From contig NC_058368.1 in assembly GCF_018350175.1 (NCBI RefSeq), positions 20,400,001 to 20,464,000 of the forward strand: a stretch of DNA of 64,000 bases, in the 5' to 3' direction. A model generated the notes under the pieces. That model saw only the letters and a program-made list of their open reading frames with translations. It was not told the origin of the DNA and did not search any database. The DNA is from Felis catus (taxonomy: Eukaryota). Positions 15,878 to 28,526 of this stretch are shown here, piece after piece. The stretch's first letter is position 1. Every line of letters begins with the position of its first letter. The position numbers were made by a program, and so were the translations under genes.

Positions 15878-16096
15878 GGGCACCTGGGTGGCTTAGCTGG
15901 TTGAGCATCCAACTTCAGCTCAGGTCATGATCTCATGGTTTGTGAGATCGAGCCCCGCATCGGGCTCTGTGCTGACGGCTCAGAGCCTGCAGCCTGCTTC
16001 CGATTCTGTGACTCCCTCTCTCTCTCTGCCCCTAACCCACTCACATTCTGTCTCTGTCTCTCTCAAAAATAAATAAACATTAAAAAAAAAAAAAAA
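15878..16096 (+). mobile_element. CAN-SINE, left unit of a tandem pair
   Basis: Full head, CT tract and A15 tail. Confidence 0.93.
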
Positions 16097-16115
16097 GAAA
16101 ATAGATGTTCTTCCT

Positions 16116-16280
16116 GGGGCACCTGTGTGGCTCAGTTGGTTGAGCGTCCAACTTCGGCTCAGGTCATGATCTCACAGCTCAGGAGTTCAAGTCCCGCTTT
16201 GGGCTCTGTGCTGACAGCTCAGAGCCTGGACCCTGCTTTGGATTCTGTGTCTCCCTCCCTCTCTGCTCCACCCCCACTCA

Positions 16281-16314
<34 letters not shown>

Positions 16315-16335
16315 AATAAATATAACATTAAAAAA
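16116..16335 (+). mobile_element. CAN-SINE, right unit of a tandem pair
   Basis: Full head, CT tract and A tail. Confidence 0.93.
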
Positions 16336-17656
16336 AGAATTTCCAACACAGTGCAAAATTCATGTGGCAGAAGGAGAGTCTATTTGAAATGGGTCCTGTC
16401 CTGGAATATAGAGTTTCTGAACCAGTAAGGTAAAGTCACTCAACCCCCTGCCCTGGGCACCTTGGGGGTTCCTGCCAGTGAAGACGAGTAGTGCCGATCT
16501 CCTCCCCACACCACCCTCCTCCCCCACCACCGTTGCTCCTCTGCCACAGCCCAGGCACCATTAGGAACAATCTGCAACTATTCCTGACTTCTAATCATCC
16601 TCTAAACCCAATATGTGGAGTATCAGCCCATTCTACAGGTGAGAAAATGGGCTCAGAGACAGTAAGCGATTTATGTGAGGTCGTGCACCTGATGAAGAGA
16701 GAGCCAGGATTTAGACCCAGTGTGTGTGTGTCTGAGCTCACACTCTGGTCAATGTAGCCACAGCGCCTCTCAATCAGAAAACGTATTTTGAGCTTGTATA
16801 ATATACATCGATGGGGGAGTGTGCACCTCAGGATGAGGTAAGCAGGTTTCTCTATCCTGCACACCTGGGTCAAGGGGAGTCATCAGAGAGGAACCCGCGT
16901 CCTACTCCGCCTGGATTTTGTGCTAGGGTAAAGCTCTCTCATGGGAGCTGGGTGGTTTAGTACTCCCTTGTCCAGGAGAAACCTTGGCCAGAAGCACGCC
17001 CAGAAGGCACGTATCAAGTTCTCTCCTCCCCACAATCCATGAGTCAAGTTCCCCTCCATCTCCCTTCACCTTCCCTACACCAGGCTACTTCTGAGTCCAT
17101 TTTTATTCTTGGCCTCTGTAGCATTGAAATCCTGAGTTTGTAGTGCCTACTCTCGTATGAGGAAGATGGCTGGGGAAACAGTGTGAGCACAGCTACAATG
17201 GGAACTTCACGATGGGACGGATGTGCCCTCAAATCATTTCAATAGAAATAGATAGTCATTCTTTCTAACTCATTCTACAAAGTATCTCAGGTGAGCCCCC
17301 TACCAGCAGAAAGAGTAGCAGCAGAAACGGACAAGTTGGGAGAGACTAAAACACCAACAGAAAATCCACATAAAAACGCAAAAGACTACGCAGATCGTAC
17401 AGCTAACTCAGCGACTACAGATGAGCTTTAGATCTGGCTCTGCACCTCTTGGACGCTACAAAGAAAAGAGAGCTGGACTCACTGAATAATTCTGAGAGGA
17501 ACAATCGTACCCTTTGGTTAGTGGAAAGGAGATTTTCCCCAGCTTTAAGTCCCCAAATTGCTCATATGGGACCTGATGAGAAAACCACGTGTGATGTGGT
17601 TTGTAATACCCTCAATCGTATTTGCATAACAACTCATCAACAGACGTGTCCGTCTG

Positions 17657-17711
17657 TCCTTCCTTCCTCCCTTCCTTCCTTCTTTCTTCCTTCCTCCCTC
17701 CCTTTTCTTTT

Positions 17712-17764
<53 letters not shown>

Positions 17765-17855
17765 TTTCTTTCTTCCTTTTTCTTTCTCTTTCTTTCTTTC
17801 TCTCTCTCTCTTTCCTTCCTTCCTTCCTTCCTTCCTCCTTCCTCCCTCCCTTTTC

Positions 17856-17887
<32 letters not shown>

Positions 17888-18108
17888 TCCTCTTTCTTTC
17901 TTTCTTTCTTTTTTTCTTTCTTTCTCTCTTTCCTTCCTTCCTTCTTCCTTCCTCCCTCCCTTTTCTTTTTCTTTCTTTCTCTTTTTCTTTCTTTCTTTCT
18001 TTCTTTCTTCTTTCTTTCTTTCTCTCTCTCTCTTTCCTTCCTTCCTTCCTTCCTTCCTTCCTTCCTTTCCTCCTTCCTCCCTCCCTTTTCTTTTTCTTTC
18101 TTTCTCTT

Positions 18109-18145
<37 letters not shown>

Positions 18146-18191
18146 TTCCTTCCTTCCTTCCTTCCTTCCTTCCTTCCTTCCTTCCTCTTTC
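17657..18191. repeat. Compound (CTTT)n/(CCTT)n/(CT)n polypyrimidine tract, about 535 bp
   Basis: Essentially purine-free on the + strand. It produces the low-complexity ORFs listed in the track. Confidence 0.97.
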
Positions 18192-18804
18192 CATTCTCCA
18201 TCAATACATATTGTTGTCAGGAACAGGGTGTGTGCCAGGAACTGTTGTAAATACAGGCGAGCAAGTCAAAGTCCCTGTCCTCATGGGTGATCACTCTTGT
18301 GGGAAAGCTAAGGCACTAAACCAATGCACCTATTTCTGGTGGTGACTCCTCGGAGCCCCCGCTGTGACAGCCCTGTGCTGCATCTTAGTGAGGGTCCAGA
18401 GAATGGCACCTGGGTACCTAAGTTCTGTCCGTCCCTTTTGGACCCAGCAGCGAATTCAGATGCCAGAGGTGTGGGTGAACCCCATGCCCTCCCAAAGATC
18501 TTTGTCCAAATCCTCTGAAGACGTGGAGCACTCACAAGAGAAGAAGGTTTGCGAAAAGTAAAAAGCTGTCCTGTTGTGTTTCTTGCTATTTTTCCCTCTC
18601 ATATCCGCATCCCTGAAAGTGAGTTGCCCCCCTCGCACTCTGTTTTGGGGTCTTGCCTGGGACATGACTGGCCTCTGCCTCTGTGTTCCTCCCCTCCCCT
18701 GGTTCTCCAGGAAATTTCTTCCAGCTGCTGGGAGGGGCTCTGGGTTATTTGACTTCTCTCTTTCCACTCCTCATAAAAACCACTTCTCTCAGCTTGGATT
18801 TATT

Positions 18805-19780
18805 TTTTGAAATAATAGCTTTAATTTACATACCATGAAACTCACCCTTTAAAGTGCACTACTGAGTGGCTGTTAGTACATTCGGAGTTGTGCAACCCAT
18901 CGCCACTAATTCTAGAACATTTCATCACCCATTTCGGCTTTGTGTGTGTGTGGGCGGCAAAATAAACATAGTATTTACCATTTTTAACATGGCACTTCTT
19001 GGCACCTTAAGTGAGTGCTTTTTCGTGTCCTGATTATGAGTAACGAAGTGTATTGCAATTAATGAATTCTTAAGAAATTGACTGTTTCTCTTTGGATGAT
19101 TTTATGTACATTTCTTTTAAAGAGAAATGTGGGCACCTTTCAAATTGCTAATTGTCAGACAATAACCAGAGTTCTTCACACTAGTTTTTCATGAATTTCT
19201 CCAAATGATTGTTTACATAAGCCCATAATAATTCACCCAGAAGACTATTAAGCCTGAGTTAATATATTTCTTAGAACACTTTATGAAATATATCAGTAGT
19301 ACACCAGAAAATGAATCCATTAAGAGGTCAGGGAGGCTCTAAAAAGACTTCATTTAGGAATCAGGAGAATGCTTTTATACAAGGTCTGACAATTATTTCT
19401 TTGTTTCTTAAAAGATAAAAGCCTTTCCTCGTAGAATAAACTTTAGAAAGCTTTACCACGTTAGCCATGTTTTCAGTGTAGAATTCACTGGCAATCAAGC
19501 ATATTCACAGTGTTGTGTAGCCCACAGCTATCTATCTCCAGAACTTTTCCATCATCCAAACAGAAAGTCTCTCCCCAAGAAACGATAACTCTCCATTTTC
19601 CTGCTCCTCCCACTCCTGGTAAGCCCTATTCTACTTTCTGTCTCTCTGGCTCCTCCTACTCTAAACATCCCGTCTAAATGGAATCATACGGTATCTGTCC
19701 TCCTGTGCCCGGCTTCTGTCGTTCAGCATGTTTCCAAGTTTCATCCATGTTGCTGCATGTGTCAGAACTGCCTTCCTTTT
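18805..19780 (-). mobile_element. Old L1M(B)-type 3' fragments, interrupted by an unrelated segment
   Basis: Motifs aaactcaccctttaaagtg, ccagaacttttccatcatccaaa, aatggaatcatacggtatctgtcc and ttcatccatgttgctgcatgtgtcagaac. Confidence 0.7.
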
Positions 19781-21689
19781 GGACAGCGGAGGAGCCTGGG
19801 CTTTGATGGGTGGTGAAGAGGGACAGTTTGAGAGTAGGCTAACCCTGACCAGAGTGCTTGTGAGCATTTGGGGTCCTCACTGAGGACAGCTCCCCACACC
19901 GTTAGGGCCAGATAAACAGGGAAACAGCAGGCATCCTTCCCTGTATGAGAACTGGGCCGTGTAAATGGATCCCAGTCTAGGTGGAGCACAGAGAAGAGCT
20001 CAGGGAGGCTGGCCACACACTCTAGGCTGGCCCAAGGAGGCCATTGGGGGTAGGTTGCAGTGCCCCATGGAACACTGCCCAGATGATTTGGGCTGGACAT
20101 TTTCTGAGGCCAGGAATGTCAGTCCCCCACCACGGCCAGAAGAAATGTTATTAATTCTCCTGTGGATCATTTAGTTCTGAGCAGCTTGGATTCCTGATGT
20201 GTCTGCCTCGACGAACTGGCTGCAAATGCACACCCGTCCCTGCACCCTACCTCACCCTCCCTACCTCACCCCAGCCAAAGAAATTCCTCTGCTACAATGG
20301 TTTGAAAAGAGCCAATGGAATTCTAGAGAACGACTGCCCAAAGTGATCGATGTTTATTTAAAGTAGTTTTATTCTGGCAATAGTTTGTTTTCAGAATCAA
20401 TTTTCTATTGAGGCCATGCAATCCTGCCTCATCGAATAAGACCATGTCCACTTTTGACCACGTCAAATAGAAGATTTTTTTCTCCTCTATGGCAGGAGGA
20501 GCTGAATCCAATTCATCTAAAAAGACGCCAAGTCACCCGTGTATAATATGTCTGTCTAATTTCATATGGGATAGAAAGCAGGCGCTAGATCGGTTTTCAC
20601 ACCTCTAGGGATTATTTTTCAGATCTGTGGGGAAGACTTTATGCAAACGGTGATATTAAAATACAGGTTTTCTGTGAGCATCAGTTACTGGGAAAGTCTC
20701 TATCACTTGGCCTAAGTCTGGTTTGCAGATTTGAAAGGCACTACTAATTCGATATGAGCTGCAAAGAATATTCTATTTTGCTTGGCAGAGCTCTCCACAA
20801 GATGACAAACAGTATAATAATGATTGATAACAAAGCGTATAATTCCTGTAGCCCCTCTCAGTCAGACCACAAGACGGGTAATTACATTCCCCAATCTATT
20901 TTCCAGGCAAGTGCTGTTTGCTCAGCCCAGAAATAATAACTTCCTCCTCCCTTTTTCCTCTCTGACCACACCCTGTACACCTGGCTACCTTCTTGTCTTT
21001 CAACAGCAGAGAGAGCACATCCCCAGGAAGCCATTTCTCACATCCATAATCTAAGACAGTGCATTTCCCCTCCTCCTGTGTCTGACCTGCATCTCAACAC
21101 ATAGCACTCAGCCCCCAGCACTCAGCACTCAGTACCCAGCACTGTAATTGTCTGTTCATTGGCTATTTCTGCTACTGGCCATGAGCTCACTGTGTCTTGT
21201 TTACCTTTTTATCTCCAACCTCCTGCACGGCTCGAAGCACGTAGCGGACATTCAATAAAGCAACAACCTGAGAAACTCCGACTGTAGTTTAAGAAGGTTT
21301 AAGAAGAAAGTTGTTACAAAATTCGGTGGCGGATCTAGAAAAGTAGTAGTTCTGTTGCTTTCGCCGAGTGCAAATGTATCTCTTATTTTTAGAGGCGTAG
21401 AATATAGTTTGAACATATTCATGTGGAATCATATCCTAATAACGAAAACATCCAGTGTGTAATGGGTCAGAGTTCACCATCAAAAGGACACTTTGGGCAA
21501 ACTTCAAAAAAAAAAATGTTTGGATGATAAGATTATATTTGCTCATTAGATGAAATTTATAAAATGCAGAAGAGTGTAAGAAATAAAATAAAAACAACTT
21601 GGAATCTTATTTAGAGTTAGTCACTATACAATGTTTAGGTAGATTTTCTCCCAATCATTTATTTCCTGTATATTTGCCCATATGTATAT

Positions 21690-22109
21690 TAGGGCTGTCT
21701 GCTAAAACAAAGGATGCTTATTTAAATTTGAATTTAAGATAAGTGATGGAGTTTTTTTTTTTTAGTATAATTATGTCCATGCAATATTTGGTACATATTT
21801 ATACTAAAAAATTATTCATTATTTATATGTGAAATTGAAATTTAATTGCTGTCCTATAGTTTTGTTTTTGTTTTTGTTTTTTTGAAAGAGAGCAAGAGTG
21901 TGAGTGGGAGACGGGTGGAGAGGAAGAGGGAGAGAGAGAGAATCCCAAGCAGGCTCCACACTGTCAGTGAGGAGCCTGATGTGGGGCTCGAACCCACAAA
22001 CTGTGAGATCATGAACTGAGCCGCAACCAAGAGTTGAACACTTAACTGACTTGGCCACCCAGGCTCCCCTGCTGCTCTATATTTTTATTTGCTAAATGTG
22101 ACAACCCTA
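21690..22109. mobile_element. MER53-like palindromic hAT MITE split by a SINE
   Basis: Ends TAGGG...CCCTA. Internal palindrome tttagtataa(...)ttatactaaa and ttaaatttgaattt/aaattgaaatttaa. 8-bp TSD atgtatat/atgtatgt. Confidence 0.75.
21860..22069 (-). mobile_element. Older CAN-SINE inserted in the MITE
   Basis: Reverse-complement SINE with a (GTTTTT)n tail. Confidence 0.9.
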
Positions 22110-22224
22110 ATGTATGTGTATGTATGAATTTACTAAATTTCATTATGCCATATACTTCTTAATAATCTCCTTCTAGTTAACATTGTATTTTGTGATTCTT
22201 TCCCTCTCATTGAGCGTTTCTGAT

Positions 22225-22420
22225 TATTTCATTTATTTGAGAGAGACAGAGACAGCATGAGTGGGGGAGGGGCCGAGAGAGAAGGAGAGAGGATCCCAAG
22301 CAGGCTCTGTGCTGTCAGCACAGAGCCCAAGGCGGGGCTTGAACCCACGAAGACGAGAGATCATGACCTGAGCCGGAACCAAGAGTCAGAGGCTTAACCG
22401 ACTGAGCCACCTAGGCGCCC
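22225..22420 (-). mobile_element. CAN-SINE
   Basis: Reverse-complement SINE body. Confidence 0.9.
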
Positions 22421-24728
22421 TGGTAGTTCCATTTTTAAAAACCCAACCCTTCTGTCAATCAGCAATGTATTTTGCCATGCAGGGGGAAGTGAGAATCCAC
22501 CCTGAATTTTCCCCAAATGGCAAAGTTGCCCACCACCGTCTATTGACAAGTCCATCCCTTCTCCCACTGGATTGTAATGGCTCACTGGCTCCACGTGTAT
22601 GCTTTGTACTATGCATCAAGGTTATTAGTTCAGTTTCATCAGGCGTCTGTTTTATAATTGTGAGCCAATTTTTTCGCTCCGTGTTTTGTTCAAGTGGAAC
22701 GATCACTTAGATGACACATAAGGTGAGCGGCTACCAGGTATTGGCAAAAGAAACAATGGTCTAAAGATGAAAAAGCAGTGAGGAAAACGACTAAGCCTAG
22801 GAGCCCGTGAGTCTACAATCTCCAATGTCAAAGGCAGAAGATGTGAGGCTACGCTTCCAAAACGATTGCAGTGTGTGGTTATGACAGGTAATGCCAAAGC
22901 TGAGTTACACTCGACTTGGTGACGAACTTTTTCCTGCTTTTTATCCCTTTGGGCTGACTGTCTCAGCTCTCTTGTCTGCTTTGCCAATTTTTTTTTTTTC
23001 TCCAGCTCAGGCAAGTGTGACATTTAGCTTATCTGTTGAAAACATGTATGTGGGTATATGTATGTATGTAATTACATTTCAATGATTATACTTTTTCATG
23101 TTGCTTTTTCTTTGCTTCTCAAAGCTTCAGTTATGTATCATAAACACCCATTCTTTCTTTACAACCTGCCTCGATTATGGGTACACACTTCCTTAGGTGT
23201 TGGTGGAATATAAAAGGGATAAGGTAAGTATCACTTTGGACTTGGTCTTAAATATCCATTCCAAGGATTACAGAAGGCAGAGAAGATGTGTAAGAGATTT
23301 TAGGGTTTGGCCTCAAAAGCTTATTATTATTATTATTATTATTGGTAATGTTAAGTTGCTTGTGGATAAACTTGAGCTGTTTTGTATTTAATTTCACCCA
23401 GCTGAATGGCCCGAGGAAAAATGATCTCTCCAATCCAGACTAGTTCCCCATTTGATCCTGGAAATTTCACTGTGATATACTGACATCCGTATTCCCAGGT
23501 ATTATATGCTCAAGAGAGTATTATCAGTACTCCACAAAAATAAGGAGTACGGAGTTCTTAAAATTTGCCAGTTGAATCCTAAAGGACACATTAGTAACAT
23601 GCAAACTGATTCAAGAATGCAAACATTAGGTAATGGCACGTATGTGGCAGCATATATTCGTTCACTCAGTGAATAATTACTACCCTGTGCCAAGCACTGA
23701 AATACGTACTCAGCATTCACAGGCGAAAAGGCAGTCTGTCTGCCCGGACACAGCCCAGGGTCTCAGGCTGTGGTCCTCACCATCATTGTCTGAACCACAC
23801 TGGTGTGTTGACGTTCCTTGGCAGAGAAACAGGTAGAATTTCAGTCGGAGTGGTGGGAGTTGTGTATATCCCGCAACCTATCTCATGTGGGCAGTGGCTG
23901 GTGGAGAGCATCTGTCCCAAGAGTCTTATCTGTGAGTGTTAATTGCCAAAGCATTGCCAAAGAAGAGGTTAAAGATCCCTGGCCTAGTGTGCTACCGAGG
24001 ACATAACCCAACGTGCTGCAGTGGACTATCCACTCCAGACGGGACATGTGCATAGACAGGCTATGCCTAGGTCCGTCTGCCAAAGGGAGCTGGCCCTCCT
24101 GAGGATGTGAAGGGGACACACAAACAAGTGAGAGGAAGGTAGATGTTTAGTGGAGGCCCTCGTGGCTTTGGGTGGGTTTAGAATGTCCCCCGACTCGAAC
24201 CCCTGACAAACGATTGCTGTTTACAACTGGAAGGTCAATTAGTAGAATCCAGACCTCTTGTAGACAAGAACTGAGAGGTCCCAGAAGAAAAATAACAAAT
24301 CGGAGAAACCCAGGTACCCAGATGGCAGATGAAACCAGGCAGGGTGGCAGCTGATACGAAATGCAGAAAAAATATCATAAACTGCACTGGGGGACTCAGA
24401 AGTTAAACGAGACCTGCCGTGGAGTTTGGTTTGGGAAAATGCCAAGGGCTCTATCTGGGAAAAGTAATCTGAGACCCAGGCCTGGTGTGAGGGGGCCGTG
24501 GTTCAGGGAGGCTTGGAAAATGATAACCCCAAGGCCGCTGGAGGTGGAAGGTGAAAGGCAAATGGGAATGGAGCCGGCAATGCAATCCGGATGCTTTCAC
24601 ACCGGGTTCCTTCTCCCTGGGGCTGCTGTGGGGCCGAGAGCGGAGGAACATGAGCCCTGCGAACTGGGGCCTAAGCAGGTGCAATAGGAAACCGTTCCAA
24701 AGAGGTAGTTAAGAAATTCTGGGCTAGA

Positions 24729-24940
24729 GGGGTGCCTGGGTGGTTCAGTCGGTTGAGCGTCTGACTTTGGCTCAGGTCTGATCTCACCGTTCCTGGGTGT
24801 GAGCCCCGCGTCGGGCTGTGTGCTGACAGCTCGGGGCCTGGAGCCTGCTTTGGATTCTGCGTCTCCCTCTCTCTCTGCCCCTCCCCCACTCCCACTCTGT
24901 GTCTCTCTTTCTCTCTCAAAAACAGATAAACATTGCAAAA
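24729..24940 (+). mobile_element. CAN-SINE
   Basis: TSD aaattctgggctaga at 24714 and 24941. Confidence 0.94.
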
Positions 24941-27900
24941 AAATTCTGGGCTAGAAAAAAAGTCAAGACTGGGAGCGAAGCAATCCTTTTGTACCTGGCC
25001 TTTCAAGTTCAGAGAGGGAACAGTAACTGTATTGCGTCTCACCCAGGGGTGCTGACGATTCATGGCCCATTTTGTACACCTACCTCCTCGTAAAGTAGAT
25101 TTTGCTGCGATATTAGTCTGCAGCTTGAACCCTGCACCTCAGTTGCTGCCATTCTTGTGCCAGAGACCGAGAGAATGTGATAGTAGAGGTGGAAAGAGGC
25201 CTCTTTGGAGGCCTCTAGTAGAGGCCCACGGAAGCTGTGAGAAGGAAAAAACAAACAGCCAGAATCAGTCTGGGCTTAAACCAGGACTTGAAAAGGCCCA
25301 GGGAGTCCAGACCTGGAGCTTAGCCTTGGTACTCAGAAAACTCGCGGCAGCATTCATTTGGAGACATGTACAAGTGTACTTTCCAAGGTACACCAGGAAC
25401 TCCGTGGACCAAATCCTGTGTAACTGGCTTGCCAGGTCACTTGCTGCTTACCCTGCTCTCCAGAAGGCACAGACACAGAGAGCCGAGCACTTGCAGTTAG
25501 AAGCCTACCCCAAGCTGGGGCATTATTGGCAAAACGCAAAATGACGTATGCATATGGCGCTACCTTGAACAGCAAAAGATTACGAAGAAGCCAAGGATCT
25601 GACAACAGGAGACCGTGGTTTCTTTTGATGGTGGGTCTGCACACTGGAGCCCTAGGTAGTCTACCAGGGATGAGGAGGGTCTCTGTCTACTGCTGGGAAG
25701 GCATCCTCAGGACACAGTGAGTGAAGAAAGCGATGTTTACAGAGGTATGGTGTGGGCTACCTTTTGTTTTTTTGAAAAAAGTGGGTAAACACAAGTATAA
25801 ATTCACATTTTCAGAAACAATGGAGGGAGAAACAAGAAACTTGGCATAGACGCAACATGAAGTGTAGCAGAGGGTGAATGGCAAACATTAAACCCAGGAA
25901 GCAAAGTTGCATGAATACGAGGAGAGGGAATGCCTCCCCAGGAGGTGATTTTAGGTCAAGTTTGGGGACTGGGGGGGAAAGGTAGATGTTGGGTAGACCC
26001 CTGTGGGGGATGTTGTATACTCCCTGTTGGCACGGGAGCAGAGGGCGGATGGAGTTCCTCTACTTGGCCCTCTGTGTGCGAAGGACACAGATGAACCTGG
26101 GCCCTGAAATCCAGGGCTTCTGTCCTCTTTCTTCGATGACCTGTGCTCTATCCCTTGGAGTCCTGTCCCTGTGTCCTTGTCTTGACAGAGACATTCCTGC
26201 CGGCTCTTGCAGAGCCAGGGTGCAAGACTGGCACGTAAGATTTCTATCCTAAATAAGACCCTGGGGTGGGGATTCATGGGTGCTCTTGTTCCGTCCCTGA
26301 TGCCGGGACTGCCATCGAGTGGTGGGTCTCAACTGCTGTGTATTAGAATCACTTGATTGTCTGAACTAACTGGTCTGGGAAAGGGCCAGGTACAGGCATT
26401 CTTTAAGAGCACCCAGGAGATTCCAATGTCCAACTGGAATTGGGCTCACCTGTTATGGAACCACCCCGACAGGGGTGAGGGAGAGGTGTACCATCACCAT
26501 CTCCCAGGCCAGTCTCTCAGACCCATTCCAGGGATGCTGCTCTCACTTGCAGGGACGGAAGACAGGGCTAAGGAAGGAAGGAAGGAAATCAATTATTTAT
26601 TCATTTGTCTTTATTTTATGCTCCTACTTTATTCCCTGAAGGGTTTGGGGGTAACTGCTGAAGGCAGTTGGGGCAAGTGGGAGAAGCTGTCCTTTAGCAT
26701 GAGACTTGGTCACACAGGTCTGTACGCGTCAGCCACAGATAATGTCACCAATGTCTCATTCTCCGGACACTGCAGGATCCAGAAGCTCTTTGAACAGAAG
26801 CAAGTTTTATAACGGCAGCGCATTGGATGGCCCGGCAGAGACCCCAGAAGGGGGACCTGAAAGAGCAGACCCTCCAGGGCTGGGTGAAGAGCGTATTTGT
26901 TAGGCATATTTGCCCCCGGAAGGCAATCACTCCTCAGCCTGGTAGAAAGGGCAAGGCATGGGAAGGAGACCTCAGTCTCAAATCCTAAAGCTTGAGGCTT
27001 TGGAAACAGGCAATAGAGTTGGATATTGGGAATGAACCACACGTGTGGAGGTAAAAGAGCCCTTGTCCACTAGTTTTGATGGACAGAAAGCACAGTGGCT
27101 AAGATGGTAATACATATAGTAGTGATTTATTTCTTAATTTGTAAATGTGATCCTCGAAGGACAGTACGTGACAAGATTCTGGGGAGGTCCAAGAGGCCAC
27201 AGTCAAGGACACATATCAACATAACTAATGGTGGTGATCTCATTGGTTGCTGAGCCTTTGTTAGTTAAGACACCAAAGCTGACTCTTTTCTAAACTCTTT
27301 AGTAAATGAAAGCAGCTGATCCAGGTGGCTCTGAGCTGCTGGCCAAAGTCTACTTCCTGGAGACACTGCGGAATGAAGAGTTTAGATCATATTGCAGGGT
27401 GACCCCCCCACGAAAAAGAATGCCATGTTCACATGTAAGGCTGAGACACGTGCATTAAGCGAAACACTGATGGAAGTTGCTGCCAGAGATTCAGAGGCGC
27501 CCTCTCCGTGGGTTCTGAGATACAAAGACCTACAGACCTTGCACTCCTATTAAATACTATTTATCCTTCCTTTTGGGGTTTGGTTCAGATTGTGTGGCTT
27601 TCTCCATTCATCGTTTCTCACTCTTTCAGTTCACACAAAAAATCTCTAAAATGGTATGTGTCGTAGAAGAATTAGGTTCGGGATGAGGACCATAGAGCCT
27701 AGAGGAGAGAACCGTCCAGGAGAGGGGCGGTCTACTTGGAGAATGAGCTGACCTGGCCAGTCCTGATGGATGAATAGGAACCAGCTCGATGAAATATTCA
27801 AGGCCGAGAGACCAGTAAGAAGAAACACAGACAGGACAAGGATATTGACTTGCCATCAGAGACGAGCCCTCCTGTCACCGGCCTGCGGGAAGGGTGCACA

Positions 27901-28526
27901 GTGATGTGGCCTGCTGGGCTCATAGAGACTGCCAACCAGCCCTTCAAGTTTTAGTCCTGCGCTCCACCCCCAAGACTTGGTGTGCCTGGTGTTGCCAAGT
28001 CTGGCGCATTTCCCATTCCCAAGGGTCACACTGTACCCTTTTTAGGTGCTTGCCTGACCCATGATGTTCTGGAGGGCTGGTCCCTCTGCTCTTTTACATC
28101 AGCTCCCCCCTTCAGTTGCTTAGCAACTGCCAGAAGCTTTTGGAAATCTCTCTTTCCCCGACGGCCCCTCTCTTCTTCTCTTTGTCATTAGGGGTTTCTT
28201 CTTCCCGCTCTCCCTTCTTTCACTTCAGTGGGCTTGTTGAAGGGGGAGGAATAAGGACATGCGGATAGTTGTCCACTTTTAACAGAGAAGATTCAGGTCT
28301 ATGTTGTGCTTCTTCAAAATTTTCCCAAGGAAAGCACCTTACAAATATAAAAGGAAAAACTCCTTCTATTTGAAAATGTTTTCTAGTACTACAAAATGCA
28401 TACATTTTACCAACATCTTGTATTTGTACATACAGGTGTCATCATTTTAGTTCCCAACATCCCAGTCTGTAATTTAATCCTATTCACTTTTAATACCATC
28501 CCCTCTTTAAAAATGCCCACATATAG

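Noticed and set aside
17449..18345. 298-aa F/L/S-rich ORF and K/E/R-rich antisense ORFs
   Set aside because: They are produced by the stop-free polypyrimidine tract.
22600..22930. Possible Tigger-like DNA transposon relic
   Set aside because: The resemblance is vague, and I could not identify terminal inverted repeats or a TSD.
26770..26905. Possible extra C13orf42 exon (IQKLFEQKQVL...)
   Set aside because: It has an in-frame stop and no good donor, and the 4-exon model already gives a complete protein.
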